From: an uncultured Planctomycetota bacterium
GTDB lineage: Bacteria > Planctomycetota > Planctomycetia > Isosphaerales > Isosphaeraceae
DNA: 64,000 bases
Assembly (NCBI GenBank): GCA_963823665.1
Contig: CAWGMQ010000010.1
Coordinates: forward strand, 608,001-672,000
Direction: 5' to 3'
Shown here: positions 56,982 to 64,000 of the stretch, in pieces
Layout of the letters: every line of letters starts with the position of its first letter
Position numbering within the stretch: the stretch's first letter is position 1
The notes under the pieces: generated by a model
Told to the model about the DNA's origin: nothing
The model's database searches: none
Seen by the model: the letters and a program-made list of their open reading frames with translations, nothing else
Made by a program: the position numbers and the translations under genes

Positions 56982-58183
56982 CTCTCAACCTCCCGTCGAG
57001 CCCACGCGTCGGTCTCCCAGAGGAAATCGAGTGTGGGCGTCGGATCAAACGTGTGGTTTTCAAGCACGGCGCGGCAGGCCCGCGCGATGTCGAGAAACCG
57101 GATCTCTCCTCGCAAGAACCGGGCCACAGCCGCTTCGTTGGCTGCATTGAGCACGGCCCCCGAGCTTCCTCCGTTGCGCATCACTTCGAAACCGAGCTCC
57201 AGGCTCGGAAACGTCTCGTAGTCCGGCGGCTCGAACCGCAGGTTGAACGCGTGTGTCAGATCGAGCCGGGGGCAGGGGGCTGGAACTCGGTCGGGGTAGG
57301 TCAGTGCGTACTGAATGGGCAATCGCATATCGGGCGGAGAGAGCTGTGCAATCACACTTCCGTCAACAAACTCGACCATCGAATGTACCACGCTTTCCGG
57401 ATGGACCACAACCTCCACTTGGTCGGGCTCCAGATCGAACAGCCAGCGGGCCTCGATCACTTCGAGCGCCTTGTTCATGAGCGTCGCCGAGTCGATCGTG
57501 ATCTTCGGGCCCATGCGCCATGTCGGGTGCTTCGACGCTTCCTCCGGCGTGACGTTCTCGAGCTGTTTGCGGGTCCGGCCCCGGAACGGGCCTCCCGACG
57601 AAGTGAGGATCACCCGGCGCACCTCCGCGGCGGCACCGCACTGCTTCGCCTGAAAAATCGCCGAGTGCTCACTATCAACCGGCAAGATTCGGGTGCCGCG
57701 TGCCTTCGCCAGGTTCATCACGAGCTCACCGGCGACCACCAGCGTTTCCTTGTTCGCGAGCGCCACGATCTTGCCCGCCTCGAGCGCCGCCCACGTTCCG
57801 CGCAGGCCGGCCGCGCCCACGATCGCGCTCAAAACCCGATCGGTCTCGGGGTCCTGCACCATCCGGATCAGGCCGTCCATTCCGCCCAGCACCCGGACTC
57901 CCGTTCCACGCAGGGCTCGCTCGAGCTCGGGCGCGGCGCTTTGATCGGCCGCGACGACATAGCGCGGGCGCAGCGCCCGAGCTTGCTCCGCCAGCGCCTG
58001 CCAGCGGCAGTGCGCGGAAAACCCCCAAGCTGCAAGTCGTTTGCGGCCGTCGTGCTCGATCACATCCAGGGCGCTTCGGCCGATCGAGCCGGTCGAGCCC
58101 AGCACCACCACGTGCGTGAGGCGATCACCGCACGCGAGGCCCTCCTCGGCCGCGACCCTTTCTTGACCGAACAGCTCTTCCAT
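56969..58183 (-). CDS. dxr: 1-deoxy-D-xylulose-5-phosphate reductoisomerase
   Basis: LGSTGSIG, ANKETLV, PVDSEH, HPTWRMGPKITIDSATLMNK, PDMRLPI. Confidence 0.97.
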   Translation of the reverse strand: MEELFGQERVAAEEGLACGDRLTHVVVLGSTGSIGRSALDVIEHDGRKRLAAWGFSAHCRWQALAEQARALRPRYVVAADQSAAPELERALRGTGVRVLGGMDGLIRMVQDPETDRVLSAIVGAAGLRGTWAALEAGKIVALANKETLVVAGELVMNLAKARGTRILPVDSEHSAIFQAKQCGAAAEVRRVILTSSGGPFRGRTRKQLENVTPEEASKHPTWRMGPKITIDSATLMNKALEVIEARWLFDLEPDQVEVVVHPESVVHSMVEFVDGSVIAQLSPPDMRLPIQYALTYPDRVPAPCPRLDLTHAFNLRFEPPDYETFPSLELGFEVMRNGGSSGAVLNAANEAAVARFLRGEIRFLDIARACRAVLENHTFDPTPTLDFLWETDAWARREVESWRS

Positions 58184-58524
58184 GTTCGAGTGAACTCGCT
58201 GGCCACGATTGCGCGGGCGAGGCGATCGACCCCCCGGTTTGTTGGCCCCACGCAGTTCCTGAGACTATAGGGATTCGGCGCCTTGCAAACAAGCGAAGGC
58301 GTTCCTTCGAGATGTGCTCGTCGCGACACTCATCCCCGTTTGCTCCCGCGCCATCGTGGCTCCGCTCGAGCGTGCTCGAATAAAATGCCTGTGCGCCGGC
58401 GGGCGAACATGTTCAATTGGAGCAGGCCCCGTTGCTCCAGCACGGCGAGGCCCACGTGAAATCGGCGCGGGACCAACCAGAGCCCGCGGGCTTCGGCTGT
58501 TCCTTCAACCAACCGGAGAGACTC

Positions 58525-59817
58525 ATGCGCGTTCGTCCTTCCCGCGGATACCGGCTCTTTGTGTGTGCGGCCGTTCTCTGCGCCGGAACGATCACGGGGT
58601 GTTCCAAGGACAAGGACGAGGAAGCCATACCCGCTCCGGGTGCCTATGCGCTTGATCCCAACGCGCAGGCTCAGGCATCTGCAGATGGGAAAAAGTCGGT
58701 CGTGGGAGACCTCGACCTGAAGCTTCCCGACGAGCCTCGGGCGCGACGGGCCAAGTCGGACGATCCGCGCGAGAGTCTCGCGGTGCCCGGCCCCGGTGCG
58801 CTCGACACACGCTTCGGCGCCAATGATGTCGAGAAGACGCTGCGCACCGCGATGCGCACCGCCCGCAACGGCGAATCGGCAAAAGCCGCAGTTCTCCTGG
58901 ACCAGGTTCTCGCCGCCGAGCCTGCAAACCGCGAGGCCCTGATGATGCGGGCGGCAATCGCGCTCGAACAGTGGCAGAAAGAGAAATCGCCCGAGGCTCG
59001 CGCCGCGGCCATCGAGCGGGCGGTTGCCGGCGCGCGGGCGCTGCGCACAACCTATGAATCGCTCAAGCCCCAGGAAGCCGCCATGTTGAGTGCGGTCTTT
59101 TACGGCTACGGGCAATACCTCTGCGAGCTGGGCCGATTCGATGATGCGATCAAGGCGATCGAAGAGTCGGCCGGGCCGGGTTTTGAACCTTATTTCTTGG
59201 TTCAAAAAGATGAAAAGATGGCCGCGCTGCGCAAGGCGCCGCAGTTCCTCTCGGCCGTCAAAGCCCATGACGCCGCGCGCCTGGCTGCGGCGCGAGAACG
59301 CGTGAAGGCCAAGCTAGCCGAACCGATCAACTTGCCGTTTCAATTCACTCATCGCGACCTGGATTCCAAACCGGTCTCGCTCTCGGACTTCAAGGGAAAG
59401 GTTGTGCTGGTCGACTTCTGGGGCACCTGGTGCGGTCCCTGCAAGCAGACGATCCCCCATCTGATCGACCTGTATCACAATCGCAAAGCCAAGGGCCTCC
59501 AGGTCATCGGCCTGGACTACGAAAAAGAGATCAAGGATGAATCCAAAGCTCGCGAGCTTGTCAAACCCTTCGCCAAGCAGGTGGGGATGGACTATCCCTG
59601 CGTGATCACCGACGACGCGACCATCCAGCAGATCCCCGGCTTCAAGGGGTTCCCCACGTTCGTGATTGTTGACCGCGCCGGAAAGGTGCGCCTGGCCATC
59701 ACCGAGCCCGATGACAACTCCCTGGAATTGATGCGCGACGTCATCGAGGTGCTGCTCGACGAACCGCCGCCCGCCGCCGAACCCTCCAAGAAGCCGGCGG
59801 AGGAGTCCAAGAAGTAG
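58525..59817 (+). CDS. lipoprotein with TPR region and TlpA-like thioredoxin domain
   Basis: ITGC lipobox; LSDFKGKVVLVDFWGTWCGPC; GFPTFVIVDR. Confidence 0.88.
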   Translation: MRVRPSRGYRLFVCAAVLCAGTITGCSKDKDEEAIPAPGAYALDPNAQAQASADGKKSVVGDLDLKLPDEPRARRAKSDDPRESLAVPGPGALDTRFGANDVEKTLRTAMRTARNGESAKAAVLLDQVLAAEPANREALMMRAAIALEQWQKEKSPEARAAAIERAVAGARALRTTYESLKPQEAAMLSAVFYGYGQYLCELGRFDDAIKAIEESAGPGFEPYFLVQKDEKMAALRKAPQFLSAVKAHDAARLAAARERVKAKLAEPINLPFQFTHRDLDSKPVSLSDFKGKVVLVDFWGTWCGPCKQTIPHLIDLYHNRKAKGLQVIGLDYEKEIKDESKARELVKPFAKQVGMDYPCVITDDATIQQIPGFKGFPTFVIVDRAGKVRLAITEPDDNSLELMRDVIEVLLDEPPPAAEPSKKPAEESKK

Positions 59818-59869
59818 GCACACGGAGTGTGCCGTTCACCAGTTCCGGCACACGGAGTGTGCCTACTAC
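59811..59869. repeat. REPIN-like inverted pair of GTAG REPs
   Basis: gtaggcacacggagtgtgccg ... cggcacacggagtgtgcctactac, between convergent genes. Confidence 0.75.
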
Positions 59870-59917
59870 GAAGACTCGACCACAATGTCAAACCGCGAGC
59901 TTGTTTCCGGCCTGCTC

Positions 59918-60959
59918 CTAAGGCTCGCCTCGAGCAAACGAATTTGCCAATTCTCCGCTGGCAGTCCCTGACAATACCTTCAAATGCACCGCCCGCCGTT
60001 CGTAGGCGATGAATCCTGCCGTCTCGTACAGCCGCTGCGCCGGCGTGTTGCGCACATCGACGGTGAGCTCGAGCCAGGGCGCATGCTCACGCGCAGCTCG
60101 AGCGCGCGCGCGACCACGGCACGCCCCAGCCCCCGGCCCCGCGCGGCCGGGGTCAAGCCGAGGTAGAGCACTTCCCAGATCTTGCGGGCCTGGTTCTCCG
60201 CGAGCAAGAGCACGGCTCTGCGCCGGGCTCATCGCGAATTTGCCCCAGCATCCACCGCTCGGGCGCGAACGAGCCCACGGCCTTGTATCCTTCGAGGATC
60301 TCCTCGAACGAACGAGCACCTTCGAGCTCCGGCATATCCAGACTGCCAGCGTACGTTTCTGCCAACGTTCGCCGAAATTCGCGCTCGGGAATCTCGTCGA
60401 ACGCGTGCCAGATAAACTCGCCGCGAGAAGAGTCTGCATCGATGGAACTCGCACCCGCCCGCAATCCAGTTCGGCTCTCAAGACCCGTCGGCATCGAAGT
60501 GAGGTCCAGCGAGTCCGCGGTCGCCCGCTCGAGATAGAGCATCTCGGTGATGCGCGGCATTCCTCCTTTCTCGAGGGCGCGACTCGCCTGTGGTCCGGCC
60601 GATTCGTCGACGACCGATTGCACGACCTTGAATCCTCGCGCGGCGAAATCCGCTAAAGCCTCCTGCACCATCGTCGCGGCGAGGCGATCGGCACGCCACG
60701 CACGACGAATTTCCGGCGGCCATATCGCGGCGATCCTGCCCGCCAGCGGCTGCGTGAGCATCGCACCGGCGATCCGCCGCGGGCCGGTCAGCGCGATCCA
60801 CAACCCGGAAAGATCCGTCTCACCGCGCTCTGCCTCGGCAAGCACCCGCACGATCAGCGGCTCTCGTAACCCCGATGGCACATTGCGGTACAGCAGCTCG
60901 AGCGCGCCGCCCCTCGAGTGCTCGGGACACTTCATCACGCCCGGGGCGAGCTGTTCCAT
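59918..60959 (-). CDS. tandem-GNAT acetyltransferase (frameshifts ~60210, ~60090)
   Basis: TYAGSLDMPEL, YLGLTPAARGRGLG, LTVDVRNTPAQRLYETAGF. Confidence 0.82.
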
Positions 60960-60998
60960 CAAACCGATCCCTTTCGCCGGTTGCGCTCCGAATTGCCC

Positions 60999-61703
60999 TC
61001 AGCGCTTCGCGCCACCCCCTGCTGCCGGACGTTTCGCCAAGCTAACGGTCAACGGGTTCGATTGAAGCGAATCACGGCAGAATGGAAGGCTGCGATGCCC
61101 TTCGCCAAGCGAACGCTCAGCCGCCTGCATTGCCGCCCACTGAATCGAGTATTCCCAACTGACTGTGCCTCGCTTGCATCGGTCGAACACGCTGAATTTC
61201 GAGACTTCTTCGTAATAGGTAGCATTCGTGACGCAACCGAGCGCGCCATTCGATAGACGCCGGCTCGCTCGCATGCTGCCGATTCTGAACATTTGCACGC
61301 GATCTTTCAGTTCAATTTCCTTCGAGATCGATTCACCTGGTTTGAGAATGACGAAGCGGCCCCACGATTGGGGCGGTTCTGCTGACTTGAAGCGCTCTCT
61401 GACAAGCGGCAAGCCATCGTCATCGACGACCGACCAGCGGACATGGGCTGCAAACTCGCGATCCCAGGCCACTGGATTCGCGGAAGTGTTCTTGACGGTC
61501 GCGCGCACGACGATTCGATCTTGCGTCTGTTCGCCGACGGCTGAAAGCCCTAGCTCGAGTACGGCGTTACGCGCTCGCGCCACAGACATGTCGGCAATCG
61601 TTGCCCTGACGAGGTTCGGCAACTGCACGTCCGGGTCATCGACGCCGCACGCGTTAAGCACGAAACAAACGGTCAGCGCGGAAAGCGGTACCACTCTTCG
61701 CAT
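60999..61703 (-). CDS. hypothetical lipoprotein
   Basis: LNAC lipobox; VKNTSANP..W..F..LKPGES. Confidence 0.65.
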   Translation of the reverse strand: MRRVVPLSALTVCFVLNACGVDDPDVQLPNLVRATIADMSVARARNAVLELGLSAVGEQTQDRIVVRATVKNTSANPVAWDREFAAHVRWSVVDDDGLPLVRERFKSAEPPQSWGRFVILKPGESISKEIELKDRVQMFRIGSMRASRRLSNGALGCVTNATYYEEVSKFSVFDRCKRGTVSWEYSIQWAAMQAAERSLGEGHRSLPFCRDSLQSNPLTVSLAKRPAAGGGAKR

Positions 61704-61945
61704 GGCGTCACCTCATCAACAAATGGTGACGTAAAACGACGCACCATTTTGCCGGCAGCCGTCGCGAGAAGCCCGGGGCTCACCAGCATTCTATCGGGAC
61801 AACTGATCACTTGTGAAGTGAGCCGGGTCGTGATCGTCGCCGGAGTGCCGGCGCCCGCCTTCGGGAATATTGCCAGGGAAGCCGTCCCTGTTCTAAGGGA
61901 GCACACGGACGGAACGCAAGTCTCGACACGGACGGAGAGTCAATC

Positions 61946-63283
61946 ATGCAAACGGCTTGGAGCATCCTGGCCCTGGCCTTGTTCCTCACGGACGGCTCGC
62001 CAAAAAATCAACAAGAGCCGCCGGGCCCCCAGTTCAAGATCACATTCAAATTCTGCAGCTTGTCCGAGCCGGCTGAGCCCAAGACCACCGTCGAGACACC
62101 CGAGCCGGACACATGCTCGAAGCCCGCCGACGAGGCCGTCGCGTATCGCGAGCCGTGGCAGTTGAGTCTTCCCGAAGCCATTCGTATCGCCCTGGAAAAC
62201 TCTGACTACATTCGCGTCGTGGGCGACGCAAAAGACGAATGCCTGTGCTTGCGCCCCATGACCGGCTGCTTGGATGCGGAAAACCCGTCCGTAGCGATCG
62301 ACAGTGACGAGGCTGACGACGTTTCCGGTCCATTCAAAGCAGACGCCACCGCGCTCGTTCGCTCCGTTGAGCTGCTGTACTGGAATGTTTACGTGGCACG
62401 AGTGCATCTCGCCACGGCCGAGGCCGCGCTCAGGCTGGCCGAGCAAGTCGTCACCGAGCGCACAGTCGATCTCGGGAGCAGTGCGTCTGCCCTCGAGATC
62501 TGCGATGCCATTGACCGCCTGGAACAGCTCGTCGCTGACGTGGACCGAGGCCGATCCTCTACGATGGACGCGGAGCATCGATTGCGAACGATCATGGGAT
62601 TGCCGAGCTCAGACACTCGGGCGATCACACCGACCAGCGATCCGGTTACCCGGTTGATCGTAGCTGGCCCGAAGTCTTTGGTGAGGAAAGCGAGTCGCGC
62701 GAAGCGGCAACATCACGAAAACGACGAGCTCCGGCTAACCGTCCCAGACCAGGCGGATTCATTCGTGCAATTGGCTCGCGAAGTCAGCGCGGATTTTAGT
62801 CGCTACTCGAAGGCCAGACGGGTAACGACCGCCGACGCCAAGCGGCTAGCTCACCAGAGCCGTGCGTTCCAGAAAGGCCGGATCACGGTCGGCCGTTTCC
62901 TGGACTTCGTCCGCCAGTACACAGCCTCGGTGACGGCAGAAGCCGCGTCTGTGGCGGCTTACAACACCACGCTCGCCGCCCTCGGCGAGGCATCCGGAAC
63001 GCTACTCGAAATGCGGGACATCATCATCGCCGACGAGCCCGATCGACCGGAATCGTCGCACGCTGCGACGGCCAAGAAAGACGAGCAGGCAAAAACAACC
63101 GCGTTTGAGACCGCTCGGCTCGCTGCGACTGCGGTGCCCCCGATCCCGGTGCTTCCCGAGCTTGAGCCAAACTCCGAGGACCAAACCACCGGCACGAATC
63201 CCGTCGATCAAGATGACACGGAGGTCGTCTTCTCATTCTCCCTCGGCGGTTTCAAGTGCGAGCTCAGCGTCGCGAAGCCGTAG
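61946..63283 (+). CDS. TolC/outer-membrane efflux-like protein (shortened)
   Basis: LSLPEAIRIALEN, VELLYWN, LRTIMGL, YNTTLAAL..ASGTLL. Confidence 0.6.
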   Translation: MQTAWSILALALFLTDGSPKNQQEPPGPQFKITFKFCSLSEPAEPKTTVETPEPDTCSKPADEAVAYREPWQLSLPEAIRIALENSDYIRVVGDAKDECLCLRPMTGCLDAENPSVAIDSDEADDVSGPFKADATALVRSVELLYWNVYVARVHLATAEAALRLAEQVVTERTVDLGSSASALEICDAIDRLEQLVADVDRGRSSTMDAEHRLRTIMGLPSSDTRAITPTSDPVTRLIVAGPKSLVRKASRAKRQHHENDELRLTVPDQADSFVQLAREVSADFSRYSKARRVTTADAKRLAHQSRAFQKGRITVGRFLDFVRQYTASVTAEAASVAAYNTTLAALGEASGTLLEMRDIIIADEPDRPESSHAATAKKDEQAKTTAFETARLAATAVPPIPVLPELEPNSEDQTTGTNPVDQDDTEVVFSFSLGGFKCELSVAKP

Positions 63284-63302
63284 GTTAGGCTTTCAGCCTG
63301 AC
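63280..63302. repeat. GTAG-type REP hairpin
   Basis: gtag-gttaggc-tttca-gcctgac; overlaps the stop codon; same family as 15646. Confidence 0.65.
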
Positions 63303-63474
63303 TTCCCCCAGAGCATACCCCTGGGCTTCGCAGCGTTTCTGTGCCGTTTCCGCAAGCGGGTAACTTCGTCTCCACGCTTGATTCCGTTCTTCTGTAGAGT
63401 CCGCCCTTGCGGACCGTTCCTTTTCAAATTCCGCGCGATGACGAGCTCCGCGCCGCCACGCATCAGCGCACCCC

Positions 63475-63660
63475 TCACTTGATCGACAGGGTCAACTGGT
63501 TCGACTCGGCCCGGCCGTCCCAGAAAGGAAGTTTCCGGCGCGCTTCGCCGAACCAGTCAATGAACGCGCCGTACGCTTGGGGATGCGGCTGGTATCTCAG
63601 TTGCACGTTGATCTGTTGGCATGTTTTCGGAACGTGGAACCTTGAAGTGCTCTCGTTCCG
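63475..63660 (-). pseudogene. C-terminal remnant of a paralog of the 60999-61703 lipoprotein
   Basis: SRFHVPKTC..V...Y..GEARRKLPFWDGRAESNQLTLSIK* versus SKFSVFDRC..V...Y..GEGHRSLPFCRDSLQSNPLTVSLAK. Confidence 0.6.
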
Positions 63661-63990
63661 GCTGCCAGGGCTATCGCGGCGATCATCAGGTCATTCGGGC
63701 CGATCAAATAACCGGCACTAGCCAGGTGTGCGCAGTCTGCCATATTCCTCGGCCGCGGCATCGTCGAACGGCATTGTCGAGAATACGGCCCTGAGTTCGG
63801 CAATCTTCGCTCGATTCACTTTCTCATGAAGCGGCCCGCTTCGGACGGCGCCGAAGATCAACTCGCCGAGGACCACCGAGCACAGGTACACACTGCCCGG
63901 CGGGGAGGCGAGCAACTTAGCGGTGACTTTTGACTGCGGCCCGTGCCGCATGTGGTCGACGAATGCGTTTGTGTCGAGCAGATGGCTCAC
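63658..63990 (-). pseudogene. VapC PIN-domain toxin, frameshifted and 3'-truncated
   Basis: LLDTN, VVLGEL..G, PFDDAAAEEYG, IGPNDLMIAAIAL; the final LVT-N..F segment is missing. Confidence 0.8.
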
Positions 63991-64000
63991 GTAAGCGGGT

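Overview
High-GC bacterial window, most consistent with a Planctomycetota (Isosphaeraceae-like) genome. This assignment is an inference from the planctomycete-type L28, the NusG paralog, the ECF-associated Ser/Thr kinase N-terminus and the GTAG REP-like hairpins. The core genes are purC, aroC, recA, thpR, a PfkB kinase, gltX, hflX, truB, rpmF, rpmB, acs, rseP and dxr. Many of them carry single-base frameshifts, most likely long-read assembly errors, so apparent fusions (purC-aroC, pilT-HAD) are artefacts. The main accessory block (~20.4-31.9 kb) is bracketed by a diverged 72-bp direct repeat that encodes the 3' tip of an ECF sigma gene. It contains a kinase-TPR gene, a stand-alone copy of that kinase's N-terminal domain, an AraC regulator and a five-gene operon. 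The operon is built around a non-CPC P1B-type ATPase (DFGTG/NN motifs, PGRLRLR HMA-like domains, Asn-Gly repeat linker) and resembles a ferrosome (fez)-like metal-storage cluster; this is the best candidate for an undescribed system. Other notable items are a PilT-like protein that has lost nearly all catalytic motifs, a RAYT/Y1 transposase flanked by 15-bp inverted repeats, several GTAG REP/REPIN families, a candidate LexA box at recA, and many gene remnants at junctions. No rRNA, tRNA or CRISPR array was recognised.
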